A stretch of DNA of 62,472 nt, counting the filler, from Candidatus Nanoarchaeia archaeon (GTDB lineage: Archaea > Nanobdellota > Nanobdellia > Woesearchaeales > DATDTY01), in NCBI GenBank assembly GCA_035290625.1. It is 7 parts of 7 records of this genome, joined end to end, with 100 filler letters (N's around TTAATTAATTAA, not from the genome) between each part and the next. Parts side by side here need not be neighbours in the genome. Positions count along the whole stretch, not along the records: positions 7,731 to 31,220 come from DATDTY010000072.1; positions 31,321 to 38,280 come from DATDTY010000073.1; 5 more parts are not named here. One strand, given 5' to 3'. The position numbers and the translations under genes are program-made. Below are positions 28,771-38,380 of this stretch, piece after piece. Numbering within the stretch: the stretch's first letter is position 1; every line of letters begins with the position of its first letter. Below the pieces are notes generated by a model that saw only the letters and a list, made by a program, of their open reading frames with translations, did not search any database and was not told where the DNA came from.

Positions 28771-29814
28771 ATGTTCACTGCCGAGCTATTGAAGACGTCC
28801 TTTCCTGGCATTCTGGGCCAGGAAGCGGTGAAGAAGCAAGTCTCCTCAGCTTTAATGACTGAAAGGCATATTATCATTGTCGGCCCTCCCGGGATTGGAA
28901 AGACAACCTTGGCAAAGAATATAGCAAAACTCCTGCCTGCAATAACTGTCAATGACTGCGACTTCAATTGTGATCCAAAAGCTCCCTTGTGCCCAAGGTG
29001 CATCCATGCAGCTCACTCTGGAAGGCATGCCACCAAAAAAATATCCGGCGAGCAGCGTTTCATCCGGATCCAGGGATCACCTGACCTGACTGCCGAAGAC
29101 CTTCTGGGGGACATCGATCCCATCAAAGCCCTGAAATTCGGGCCGTTATCCTTAGAAGCCTTCAATCCTGGAAAAATCTTCAGGGCAAACAATGGAGTCC
29201 TCTTTTTCGATGAAGTGAACAGATGCCCTGAAAAGCTGCAAAATAGCCTGTTGCAGGTGTTGGAGGAAAAGAAGGCAACCCTGGGAAGCTATGAAGTGGA
29301 TATCTCTGCAAACTTCATCTTCATCGGAACGATGAACCCTGAAGACTCCTCAACTGAGCGCATCTCGGATGTATTCGGAGACAGGTTTGATTTCATTTAC
29401 ATGGGCTATCCTGAATCAGTGGAGATAGAAAAGGCGATCATTCTTGCAAAAGGGAAAAAGCTTGCTGAAGTCTCCGATAAGCTGCTGACTCTGATAGCTG
29501 CATTTATCCATGATCTTCGGGATGATGCCAATCTTCAAAAAAAGCCATCTGTCAGAGCATCATTAGGGCTTTATGAGCGCAGCCAATCCAACGCATTGCT
29601 TTCTGGAAGGAAAAAAGTCAATCTCGAGGACATTGAAGAAGCGGTCATTTCTGTCCTCTGCCACAGAATAGAATTAAAGCCATCGATAAAATACCTGCAA
29701 ACTACGAGTGCGTTTATAAAAACGTCTTTCCAGAAGTTTATAGAAGCAGCGGGAGAAAAGAAGTTTGATTTTGGCAGAGAGGCATCTTCTTCCCAAAAGG
29801 GTGATGGCCTCTGA
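28771..29814 (+). CDS. ChlI/MoxR-like AAA+ ATPase
   Basis: GPPGIGKT, CDFNCDP...CPRC, ANNGVLFFDEVNR, GTMNPED. Confidence 0.9.
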   Translation: MFTAELLKTSFPGILGQEAVKKQVSSALMTERHIIIVGPPGIGKTTLAKNIAKLLPAITVNDCDFNCDPKAPLCPRCIHAAHSGRHATKKISGEQRFIRIQGSPDLTAEDLLGDIDPIKALKFGPLSLEAFNPGKIFRANNGVLFFDEVNRCPEKLQNSLLQVLEEKKATLGSYEVDISANFIFIGTMNPEDSSTERISDVFGDRFDFIYMGYPESVEIEKAIILAKGKKLAEVSDKLLTLIAAFIHDLRDDANLQKKPSVRASLGLYERSQSNALLSGRKKVNLEDIEEAVISVLCHRIELKPSIKYLQTTSAFIKTSFQKFIEAAGEKKFDFGREASSSQKGDGL

Positions 29815-30985
29815 CACAAGCCCCATAGGCTCTTTTTCTGAGATCCAGGAGCTATCTGGAAAGCTGTCTCCCCAGCAGGAGGAAGACAAACTCATGAGGA
29901 CAGTTCTGCAGGCAGACCAGAAGACAAAGGATCATGGGAACCTTATCAGGGACAGCTTCAATAGGGGGATAGGCGCGTTTGCTCCCAACCTCATTTTCAG
30001 GAATCTTGTCCAAAACTATTCTCAAGCGAGGAAGATCTACGGTGAAACCTTTATCCGGCTGGTCTCAGGATATGATGAGAGCTTTATCAGAAAGAACATC
30101 AATGTCCCTGAATTCCAGCGAGAACTGAAGAAAAGGATTGAGAAGAATATTGATGAAATGAAAGACCAGGGGCTTCTCGATGATACTGACGCTCCCACAT
30201 CCCATGGACTCAAGCTCGCTTCCTTAACCTTAACCATCGAAGAGCTGGATCGGCTCATGCCGAAGGGCATCATCGGAGAGAAGGTACACAAGAAGAGAAA
30301 GCTTTACGGAGACAAGGAGGAATCAAAAGACTACAAAAGGGGAGACCTCTATCGTTCCCTGGATATCCATAAGTCTGTCAAGGCGGCGATCAGAAGGAAC
30401 CATAGAGAACTCTCTGAGGCGGATCTTAAGGTCTTTGAAAAGAAGGCAAAGGGCGCGATAACTGTAATCTATGCCTTTGATGCTTCGGGGAGCATGAAAG
30501 GCGAGAAGATTGATCTCTGCAAGAAAGCCGGAGTTGCTCTGTGCTACAAAGCCATTGCAGAGAGAGATAAAGTGGGGCTGATTATCTTCGGAAAACATAT
30601 CAAAAAGTCAGTTTCACCAACCCTTGATTTCCCCCTCCTGGTGGAGGAGATCACCCGGATCAAGCCAAGCCAGGAAACCAATATCCAGAAGACCATCCAA
30701 AAATCCATCGAGCTTTTTCCCTCTGGCCATTCCACGAAACATCTCATTTTGGTTACTGACTGCATGCCAACTACCGGCAAGGATCCGGAAAAGGAAGTCC
30801 TGGAAGCAGCCTCTCTCTGCCATGACAACAACATCTCCATTTCTCTGATTGGAATCGGCCTGGATGAAAAAGGAATACTGCTTGCAAGGCGGATAGTGGA
30901 GATCGGGGAAGGAAGACTGTACCTTGTCAAGGGGGGCAAGAGACTGGACCTGATCGTGCTGGAGGATTATTATTCATTGAATTAA
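29804..30985 (+). CDS. VWA domain protein (ChlD-like partner)
   Basis: MIDAS motif DASGSM, DKVGLIIF, LILVTD. Confidence 0.88.
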   Translation: MASDTSPIGSFSEIQELSGKLSPQQEEDKLMRTVLQADQKTKDHGNLIRDSFNRGIGAFAPNLIFRNLVQNYSQARKIYGETFIRLVSGYDESFIRKNINVPEFQRELKKRIEKNIDEMKDQGLLDDTDAPTSHGLKLASLTLTIEELDRLMPKGIIGEKVHKKRKLYGDKEESKDYKRGDLYRSLDIHKSVKAAIRRNHRELSEADLKVFEKKAKGAITVIYAFDASGSMKGEKIDLCKKAGVALCYKAIAERDKVGLIIFGKHIKKSVSPTLDFPLLVEEITRIKPSQETNIQKTIQKSIELFPSGHSTKHLILVTDCMPTTGKDPEKEVLEAASLCHDNNISISLIGIGLDEKGILLARRIVEIGEGRLYLVKGGKRLDLIVLEDYYSLN

Positions 30986-30991
30986 CCAACA

Positions 30992-31036
30992 GTGGGCTAA
31001 GTCTCCCCCATGTTAATGGGGTAGATGGATGCCCAC
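30992..31036 (-). mobile_element. Putative IS200/IS605 right-end hairpin
   Basis: GTGGGC...CCCCAT-TAAC-ATGGGG...GCCCAC directly after the tnpA stop. Confidence 0.55.
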
Positions 31037-31047
31037 GATGCGAAGCA

Positions 31048-31218
31048 TCAATACCTGCTTGAATTCTCCCGTATGTACCTTGCCACGACTTCAGCTGAAA
31101 CATGGCCTGCTGTGCCGCAGTAATAGCTTGACGCCCAGAAATCCTCTGTTTCCGGTCTCGTTTGCCTGATAATTGCAAACTTTTGCCGCAGCTCTTTTGA
31201 CGTCCATGCTTTCAGGCT
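31048..31218 (-). CDS. tnpA: IS200/IS605 family Y1 transposase, C-terminal part (5' truncated; not in the ORF track)
   Basis: SLKAWTSKELRQKF...FWASSYYCGTAGHVSAEVVARYIREN matches the TnpA W..SY...T.G.VS...V..YI motif containing the catalytic Tyr. Confidence 0.88.
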   Translation of the reverse strand, partial: SLKAWTSKELRQKFAIIRQTRPETEDFWASSYYCGTAGHVSAEVVARYIRENSSRY

Positions 31219-31220
31219 CT

Positions 31221-31320
31221 NNNNNNNNNNNNNNNNNNNNNNNNNNNNNNNNNNNNNNNNNNNNTTAATTAATTAANNNNNNNNNNNNNNNNNNNNNNNN
31301 NNNNNNNNNNNNNNNNNNNN
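31221..31320. other. Artificial contig spacer
   Basis: N-run / TTAATTAATTAA / N-run. Confidence 0.99.
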
Positions 31321-31321
31321 T

Positions 31322-32107
31322 TATAAGGTTGATCTAAAAAAGAATATCATCAACGGGATTATCATCATAGCATTGACCTTATTCTCCTACATCGGCATCA
31401 TCAAAGACTCTTTGTTTCCGTTCCTGGAAAGCGCTGTTGGGCTGGAGATCGGCGCAGGAACCTTTATCGGAATCCTGGAATACCAGTCCCTGTTCCTTAT
31501 CCTGCTTCCCTTCCTCTTCCTTGGAGTCTATGCTTCAATCAGAAACAAGAGGATCAACATCCTGTTCATCTGGTTTATCTTCAACCTGATCTTTGTCAGC
31601 TTTAAACTGATCTTCTTCAACAGGTATATCATCCATCTGGACATGATCATGCTCATCTTGGCTGCCATAGGGATATACGTAGTAATCAAAAAAGGCAAAG
31701 CCATAGGGATGATATCATTGGCGATGATTGTCCTGTTTTCCTCGTATATCCTTATCGCATATGCGCTCAACGAGAAGCCTTTAGTCAGCCAGGCAAAATT
31801 AGACGAGATACAAACCCTCCAGAACACCGAAGGCATGGTGATGTCAACCCATAAGCACGACTCTCCCTGGCTCCTGGGATATTCAGGAAGGCCCACAATT
31901 GCCCCAGGATTGTACTCATACAGCAAATGGAGTTTAGCTGAATGGTCAATATTCTGGAACTCAGGAAATTTCACAGAAGTAAAGCCATTGCTCGATATGT
32001 ACGAAAAGCCAATCTCCATCTATGCGCATCCTGTGACAAACAGGGAGAAGTTCAATAATGACTGCTTCCGGCATCCAACCCAAAACATCTACACGTACAT
32101 CTGCTGA
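31322..32107 (+). CDS. Membrane protein, probable GT-C glycosyltransferase C-terminal part (5' truncated)
   Basis: Several TMs with 'FFNRYII', then a soluble tail 'SPWLLGYSGR'; frame open from the spacer. Confidence 0.55.
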   Translation, partial: YKVDLKKNIINGIIIIALTLFSYIGIIKDSLFPFLESAVGLEIGAGTFIGILEYQSLFLILLPFLFLGVYASIRNKRINILFIWFIFNLIFVSFKLIFFNRYIIHLDMIMLILAAIGIYVVIKKGKAIGMISLAMIVLFSSYILIAYALNEKPLVSQAKLDEIQTLQNTEGMVMSTHKHDSPWLLGYSGRPTIAPGLYSYSKWSLAEWSIFWNSGNFTEVKPLLDMYEKPISIYAHPVTNREKFNNDCFRHPTQNIYTYIC

Positions 32108-32189
32108 GCCAAAGGTATGCAAAGCCAGATTATGGATTGTGGCCTCTTCCCCGCCCTGAAGCTTCCCGCCCCAACTGGCAATAGAGAAC

Positions 32190-32573
32190 TCACTTAACAA
32201 ACTCGACATTATCCTTATCTTCAAACTTTTCGTCTCCAGTTAAAAACTTGACACCTAATTCCAGAGCAAGGGCATAGCCTATACAATCAACATAGCTAAC
32301 CTTTTCTTTTTTATGTTTTAATTTGAACCCCATACCGTCTTTTATACAACCATAGGTGATAGGCACAACAAACTTAGAGTATAAAGCCAGATACTTATCG
32401 GCAGTTTTTTTATCATAATCATGAAGAAAATGATAATACAAATCTATAAGATTAAACTTAGTAGTTATTAAAATGTGGCTTAGATAAGGTTTATAGTTCA
32501 GATTACCGCCCAATAACTCTATGAGGGCATACGTGTCTGCTAAAAATATCTTTATTTCAGTCGTATCCTGCAT
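32190..32573 (-). CDS. vapC: VapC/PIN domain toxin
   Basis: FLADTYALIE, SYVDCIGY, FLTGD..F. Confidence 0.88.
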   Translation of the reverse strand: MQDTTEIKIFLADTYALIELLGGNLNYKPYLSHILITTKFNLIDLYYHFLHDYDKKTADKYLALYSKFVVPITYGCIKDGMGFKLKHKKEKVSYVDCIGYALALELGVKFLTGDEKFEDKDNVEFVK

Positions 32574-32774
32574 CTATGTCATCCATCGCTTTTTGAGTTG
32601 GTTTTTTAGTTTCAATGAGCCAAAAGCCCTTTTCAGCTGATTCATTTCTGAACCAATAGCTATAAATCTAGTCTTCTTTTTTGCAGATATGTTTTCTCTT
32701 TCTAGTACCTCTCTTGGTATGGTTATACCTACTGAATTGCCCCATTGCTTTGGAATTGCGTCGAATACTTGCAT
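32574..32774 (-). CDS. AbrB/MazE-type antitoxin, possibly frameshifted at the 3' end
   Basis: KQWGNSVGITIP; GGTGA SD; alternative-frame tail KPTQKAMDDIDAGYD. Confidence 0.8.
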   Translation of the reverse strand: MQVFDAIPKQWGNSVGITIPREVLERENISAKKKTRFIAIGSEMNQLKRAFGSLKLKNQLKKRWMT

Positions 32775-32897
32775 TTTACATCACCCCGTGAGATGTATAA
32801 TCTAATTATATATAAACTTTGCGTAAGTCCTGTCAGCAGCTGTCCAGAATCAGTCCAGGTGGAAAACCTTAAAAACCCTTTCAAACCAGAAAAAAGG

Positions 32898-33221
32898 ATG
32901 CGAAGAAAGGTATACGGCCAGTCAAGGATAGAATCATGCCCTTTCTGCGGAAAGTCTGCTGTGGCAAAGAACAATCAAGGGGTTCCTGTCTGCGCAGGCC
33001 ATACCCAAAGCACGCTTCCAGATATGAAGTGCCTCTGCGGAGAGTGGCTTGATGTCAGGAGCGGAAAATGGGGGGTGTACTTCAGCTGCATGAATTGCGG
33101 GAACATCAATTTCAGAAAAGGGCTTGACATGAACCCGCCCATAGAACCCAAAGAGACCAAACAAGAGCGCACCCCGACTGAAACCACCATTAGTTCTGAT
33201 GACGCAAGGTATTTTGATTGA
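32898..33221 (+). CDS. Double zinc-finger protein
   Basis: CPFC..N.QGVPVC..H and CLCG...GKWG.YF.C..C. Confidence 0.75.
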   Translation: MRRKVYGQSRIESCPFCGKSAVAKNNQGVPVCAGHTQSTLPDMKCLCGEWLDVRSGKWGVYFSCMNCGNINFRKGLDMNPPIEPKETKQERTPTETTISSDDARYFD

Positions 33222-33255
33222 ATGCTGTGCTAGAAGAGAACAGGCCTGGAGGATA

Positions 33256-33892
33256 TCAATACTGTCTCCCTTTCCATACCCCCGTAAACCTCGTAATCTC
33301 AGGCTTAGTGAATCCACGCGATTCCAGGATTTTGATGAAGTCATTCATGTTAGGATTCTTGTCTTTCTGGAGGCTAAAATCCAGGGTTGCTTGGGATACA
33401 ATACACATTTGATTAATGCTGATGCTCCACTTTTGCAAAAACCCATGCAGGGAGGTATTCACTTCTTCCACGTCATAGAGGTTATCCTTCATGAGCAATA
33501 AAGGTTCGTGCTGCAGCAGAATAACTTCAAGTTCCTTGTCCATATCTTTATTCAGGGCAGCGTCGTAGCCTTCAAGGCTCGTTGCGTAATCAGCTAGCCT
33601 CTTTCTTGAATGGAAGGGGTCCAGTCAGAGTTATTAACGACTGCCAGGACTTCCCCGGAAGGCATCAATATCTTGTTTTTCTTTTCTGGAAGACGCACAA
33701 ACTCGAATCGATTTGCATAGCCTTTTGTTTCAGAACGGGTTGTGAAGAGTTCCAAGCCCATACGCCCGAGAAATCAAGATCGCTATTTAAATGTTCAGGA
33801 TATGCTGAGAAGGAAACGAACTCTCCGGCCTGCACAGGCATAAACAGGAGGTATAAGGGCTGAAGGGCTGCAAATCGTCTCTCCTCACCCAC
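33256..33892 (-). pseudogene. Fragmented hypothetical gene
   Basis: Same-strand ORF pieces (33665-33892 and 33256-33543) in different frames behind one TATA box. Confidence 0.35.
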
Positions 33893-33981
33893 TCAAATTT
33901 CAGCAACTGTTGTCCCAAAATCCGTCACCCTTATATAAATCAAAGAATCCCCTGCCAAAAAAGCCATAAAAGCGAATTGCC

Positions 33982-34524
33982 ATGTACAAGCTTAAAGCAG
34001 TGAAGGATGACGTCATCCAGGACCATCAGGAGTATCTTTTGAGTATCTTTCTGAAGGTTCTTGGCCCTGAGAACCTCCCCAACAGCCAAAAGCTCCGCCC
34101 TATCGGATCGCATTACTATGACTTCCTTCAGGAAAGCAGGAAAAGTGTATCTGATCTCGTGTTCGAAGCAGCAAGCATTGACGAGTATGTGAAAAAAGAG
34201 CCGGACAGAGGTGTTTCCTATGCTCTCCTGGACACTCCGCAGAGGATATCCAGCCACTGGCTCTGGATCAGGAAACCGCATATCATCCCAGCCTCGGAGA
34301 TCAACCAGGCATACACAGCCAAGGGCAAGCAGCCGATCCTCTCTAAGCAGGAAGCATTGGATCTTCCTGACGCAAAAAAAGCCTGCGCCTATCTGCTGGA
34401 TTCCTATAAAAATGAAGTTATCCAGCAGTTCTGTCCGGTTTCAATAAATGCCGGCACCCAGAGCACAAAAACCGCAGTTCCCTGGGTGAGCCTCTTCTTC
34501 AGCCTTCTTGCAAGGGGGCAGTGA
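33982..34524 (+). CDS. Hypothetical protein (paralog of the next gene's N-terminal domain)
   Basis: Shares P.II.A..IN, NE+++QFCPV and QS.K..VPW with 34613-35761. Confidence 0.7.
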   Translation: MYKLKAVKDDVIQDHQEYLLSIFLKVLGPENLPNSQKLRPIGSHYYDFLQESRKSVSDLVFEAASIDEYVKKEPDRGVSYALLDTPQRISSHWLWIRKPHIIPASEINQAYTAKGKQPILSKQEALDLPDAKKACAYLLDSYKNEVIQQFCPVSINAGTQSTKTAVPWVSLFFSLLARGQ

Positions 34525-34612
34525 TACAGCATATCAAGGGGCATTCATACAGGAGAAGAGTTGAAATAGCCTCCCGATACCTTTTTTAACCCCCCGAAAC
34601 TGCCATGGATCC

Positions 34613-35761
34613 ATGGCGATTGATGAGGAGAAGTTCGAGTTGGGGCAGCATGAGCAGTATCTGGTGAATCTGTTTGCGGCAGTGATCGGCAAAGACTATG
34701 GGATTTTTGAGACCCCTGCATTGATGATGTATATCGAAAAGCGGTACAATCAGATCAAGGAAGAGATTATCCCTTCCCTTGAAGAGATCATCAGCGGAAA
34801 CTTCAGTGAGTTCCTGCCTCAAACCTTTGGTGAGCCCCCTAATCCAACGATCCGCTACCGGCCTGTCATGAGCACAGGGAAGTCCCAGCAGTTCAGCGGT
34901 GCACAGATTCGCTCTTGGAGATTCCTTAAGGATCCAAATATCATCTCAGCAGGCGATATCAACACGGTCTTTGGAGTCAAGAAAAGGCAAAAGATATTTC
35001 CAGAAAGCTATGCCAAAGGCAGCTACCTGGAGCTTGGCCAGGCCAGAGATGCATGTTCCTTTCTCATCGAGGTAGCTCACGAAAATGACTTTCCGAGGAA
35101 TGAAATCCTGAAGCAGTTCTGCCCGGTGAATCTGTATCTGGGAGACCAAAGCTCAAAAGCAATTGTTCCATGGATTGGCCTGCTTTTTGGCATGGAGTAT
35201 CAGGCTCTGCATAAGATCCCGGGGCCTTCAAGCACGATGCCAGGGCCTCCTGGCCCGAGCGCTACCAAGCCAGTTGCCTCAAGCCCTGTTGAAGATCCAG
35301 GGTATGCACAAGCTGCCGCTCCAGACAGGTTCAGCCAGCATTACAAGGACATGCTATGGCTCATCGAGAAGGTCAGCCTGACCTCAACATCCAGTCCCAA
35401 ATTTGCTAAAGGGTTAAGAGAAGGATTCAATGCCGTCCATCAAAATCCTGCAAGCATTAGCCGATACCTTATAGGAGACAACAATCGCTCAAACTGTTGC
35501 TATGTATATAAGATCTATGAAGGTAAGGTTCCCGAGATCCGATGGGAAGGCAAGGACTGGGAATGGTTTAAGCCATTCTCTATTGGATTCTCTCCCACGA
35601 AGATCTATGAGAAAAAAAGCGGCATCCTCATCCCAATCCTTGCGCAGGGGAAGGAGCGGATTCTTGGCCAGGGGAAGGATGCTGCCCAGACAGTCCTGCT
35701 TCCTGCTGAGGGCATTGTGCTCACAGGTATCTACCAGAAGCACATAAGGCGGGGAAAGTAA
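34613..35761 (+). CDS. Hypothetical two-domain protein with Pro/Ser linker
   Basis: N-terminal domain homologous to the previous ORF; linker PGPSSTMPGPPGPS. Confidence 0.7.
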   Translation: MAIDEEKFELGQHEQYLVNLFAAVIGKDYGIFETPALMMYIEKRYNQIKEEIIPSLEEIISGNFSEFLPQTFGEPPNPTIRYRPVMSTGKSQQFSGAQIRSWRFLKDPNIISAGDINTVFGVKKRQKIFPESYAKGSYLELGQARDACSFLIEVAHENDFPRNEILKQFCPVNLYLGDQSSKAIVPWIGLLFGMEYQALHKIPGPSSTMPGPPGPSATKPVASSPVEDPGYAQAAAPDRFSQHYKDMLWLIEKVSLTSTSSPKFAKGLREGFNAVHQNPASISRYLIGDNNRSNCCYVYKIYEGKVPEIRWEGKDWEWFKPFSIGFSPTKIYEKKSGILIPILAQGKERILGQGKDAAQTVLLPAEGIVLTGIYQKHIRRGK

Positions 35762-35822
35762 AGCCAAGCCATAAGATGCAGCAACCAAAAAGATTAAGTA
35801 GGGGGCTAAGTTATAGCAGGGG

Positions 35823-36470
35823 ATGGCTGAGATTATGGAGCAAAAGCAGAAGCTGATGCAGTTCTGGAAGGAGTATTTCCGCTTCCATCCGGACCTGCTC
35901 GGAGCATTCAGCGTAGTGCAAAGGGAGAATTTTATCTCAAAGAGCGTCAGGGATGTTGCCTATGAAGACCGGCCTCTTCCGCTTCTCAGAGGAAAGACCA
36001 TCAGCCAGCCTACAACAGTCATGATCATGACTGCTGCGTTAGAGCCTAAGAAGGGCGACAGGGTCTTTGAGATAGGAACAGGCTCAGGCTACCAGGCAGC
36101 TCTCCTCGGCATCCTTGTGGAGCCTGGAAAAGTGATCACAACAGAGGTTATTCCTGAGCTTGTGCAATTCGCAAGAGAGAATCTTGCTGCCGCAGCCATA
36201 AAGAATGTGATTGTCTTTGAAGAAGATGGCTCAAAAGGCATGGAATCAGAAGCTCCTTTTGACAAGGTGATTATCACAGCAGCATGCAGGGAATTCCCAA
36301 AGCCTGTTGTTGATCAGCTCAAGGAAGGAGGCATTATCATCGGTCCAGTAGGGGATCCTGAGCAGCAGCAGATGATAAGAGGCACTAAAATCAAGGGCAA
36401 GCTGGAGCTGGAATTCCTCGGCCCGTTTCTCTTTACTCCAATGTATGGGAAGTATGGCTTTGATCTTTGA
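35823..36470 (+). CDS. pcm: Protein-L-isoaspartate O-methyltransferase
   Basis: AYEDRPLP, TISQP, EIGTGSGYQAA, APFDKVIITAA. Confidence 0.95.
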   Translation: MAEIMEQKQKLMQFWKEYFRFHPDLLGAFSVVQRENFISKSVRDVAYEDRPLPLLRGKTISQPTTVMIMTAALEPKKGDRVFEIGTGSGYQAALLGILVEPGKVITTEVIPELVQFARENLAAAAIKNVIVFEEDGSKGMESEAPFDKVIITAACREFPKPVVDQLKEGGIIIGPVGDPEQQQMIRGTKIKGKLELEFLGPFLFTPMYGKYGFDL

Positions 36471-37224
36471 GGTTGCGAAAGCTCACAGGCAGGTAGCCTT
36501 TCAACGCATTCAGATACCCGCTCAGCAACCGGGCTGTCTGATAGGGAGCCCCTTCCATATCCGGGAAATATCCTGCAAGGCAGATTCCAACAAGGCTTCT
36601 CCCTTCAAGTGCTCTCTCTGAGATATCTATGATACGATCAACGCCCATTGCGCCATCAAGCCACCTCGCAAAAAGGCTTGGCGAGTCTCTGGCTGCTTTT
36701 GTTATCTTCTTGTCAAAAACACAGAGATCAAGGCTGACGTAGATATCTGAAATCTGCTCCCTGCAAAGATCCTCAATTGCAGCATCAGCATTCCTTGCAG
36801 AGTATACCTTCAATGACTTGCGTTTTGGCTCTTCAGTCGATCCTATGATATAGCCAGGATTCCTGCGCTCTCTGAGAAAGCTTGAGTCGCCAAATCTGAC
36901 GTGCTTATTTAGAACGCGGTCGTCAGTGTGGGAATCAAAGATGAGATCAATGGTGTTGGGAGAATTGCGGCATTCTGTCATTGCATAATGCCCTGTTCCG
37001 ATTATGATTGACGGAGTCCTGCCGGCTTTTTTCGCAACCATGCTGGCAAGCAGTTTTTTTGGATCTTGAGTCTTTTCTTTCTGGAATGCCTGCGCCAGTA
37101 TGCTGTCATAATCAATAACAACAGGCTCTGGAAGCTCCGCATCTGCGAGAATCGCAGTGTACACCTCTCTCTGCTCCTCTCCTGCAGGAATAATGATGGT
37201 TTTCATAGCCCTGGGGATTTCCAT
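36433..37224 (-). CDS. Divergent arginase/ureohydrolase-fold protein
   Basis: G.GH, FDSHTD and YVSLDLCVFD resemble the DxHxD and SxDxD motifs, with the last Asp replaced. Confidence 0.55.
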   Translation of the reverse strand: MEIPRAMKTIIIPAGEEQREVYTAILADAELPEPVVIDYDSILAQAFQKEKTQDPKKLLASMVAKKAGRTPSIIIGTGHYAMTECRNSPNTIDLIFDSHTDDRVLNKHVRFGDSSFLRERRNPGYIIGSTEEPKRKSLKVYSARNADAAIEDLCREQISDIYVSLDLCVFDKKITKAARDSPSLFARWLDGAMGVDRIIDISERALEGRSLVGICLAGYFPDMEGAPYQTARLLSGYLNALKGYLPVSFRNLKDQSHTSHTLE

Positions 37225-37237
37225 GTATTCATAAAGC

Positions 37238-38095
37238 TTATAGGTTCAGAATGCTAAGAATCAGGTTTCCGAATGCCAAGGTGATAAGAAATGCTATCAG
37301 GAATGACGGCACAAAGGGTATGCCTGATTTCACCCTGATCCTTCCGACCCTGCCTTTGCTGTAAAGCAGCGTAAGCTCCTTAATTTGATCCTTTGATATG
37401 CCTAAATCCTTTGGCCCGGCAACCACCTTCTTTCCTACAACAACATCTTCTGCTATCCAGTCCCCTTCTGTGAGCTTATCCGGCTTCACATAGGAATACA
37501 TCGAGCTCAATTCAACTGCCTTGACAGCAGCAAAGAGGAAGGGCATCACAAAGAGGATGCCGATCACTGCTCCGTAAAGAAGCGTCATCCCCATCACAAG
37601 GATCAGGCCGAGGCCAGCTCCTGCAAGAATCCATATCACTGCCAAAGTAGTTTTAAACTCCCTTCCTGAAACCTGCTTCCTGAATTCGCCCCTAAACCTT
37701 GAGAAGTGGCTGGCAGCCAGGCCAATGCTCCACACAACCCCATACACCCCTCCAACAAGGAGAATGTTTGAAAAAAAGCTGAGCAGCATAGAGTAAGGAG
37801 TTGTCTCCAGGCCAATCAATGCTCCTAAACCCATCAGGATCTTTGAGTCTCCTCCCCCCCATTGGCCGGTGTAGAACATGAGAGCTCCAAAGCTAAGCAA
37901 AGCAACGAAGCCCAACAGGCCTGCAAGGATAAAAGAGATGTCTTGATAGATGACAGAAGCCAGCAGCCTGTACCCAAAGCCAAAGGCGATAAGGCTATAG
38001 CTGAGCCAGTCAGGCACTTCCCGGGTCTTTATGTCAGTGTACGAGGCGATGCCAAGCCATGTCAGGGCAACTCCTGCAATGATCCAGTCCGGCAT
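37238..38095 (-). CDS. A24 family prepilin/preflagellin peptidase
   Basis: SYTDIKTREVPD, GGGDSK, LTEGDW, GIPFVPSF. Confidence 0.9.
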   Translation of the reverse strand: MPDWIIAGVALTWLGIASYTDIKTREVPDWLSYSLIAFGFGYRLLASVIYQDISFILAGLLGFVALLSFGALMFYTGQWGGGDSKILMGLGALIGLETTPYSMLLSFFSNILLVGGVYGVVWSIGLAASHFSRFRGEFRKQVSGREFKTTLAVIWILAGAGLGLILVMGMTLLYGAVIGILFVMPFLFAAVKAVELSSMYSYVKPDKLTEGDWIAEDVVVGKKVVAGPKDLGISKDQIKELTLLYSKGRVGRIRVKSGIPFVPSFLIAFLITLAFGNLILSILNL

Positions 38096-38140
38096 TGGTC
38101 TTTTTGAGAGCAGCCGTTATTTAAAGGTATGGGGTGGCAG

Positions 38141-38280
38141 GGCTCTGTCCTGAATGGAGGTTGCCGCCAATTTCGCGAGACTCAATCAAGCGAGACATCA
38201 GCAGCGGAGGGGGGTGTCCCTTACGGGCGAGGTGCCGCTCTTAGCTGAAAACAGCAAGAGCCGAGCTCGCGGCAACCCGA
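38141..38280 (+). mobile_element. Structured MITE-like repeat R8 (3' truncated by the contig end)
   Basis: Left TIR GGCTCTGTCCTGAAT as in R11; GGTTGCCGC/GCGGCAACC; AGCGG-AGGGGGG-TGT-CCCTTACGGG...CCGCT. Confidence 0.8.
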
Positions 38281-38380
38281 NNNNNNNNNNNNNNNNNNNN
38301 NNNNNNNNNNNNNNNNNNNNNNNNTTAATTAATTAANNNNNNNNNNNNNNNNNNNNNNNNNNNNNNNNNNNNNNNNNNNN
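38281..38380. other. Artificial contig spacer
   Basis: N-run / TTAATTAATTAA / N-run. Confidence 0.99.

Noticed and set aside
28771..30985. ChlI/ChlD-like pair as a magnesium chelatase for chlorophyll synthesis
   Set aside because: AAA+/VWA pairs are widespread in archaea, and no ChlH/CobN or tetrapyrrole genes are in view.
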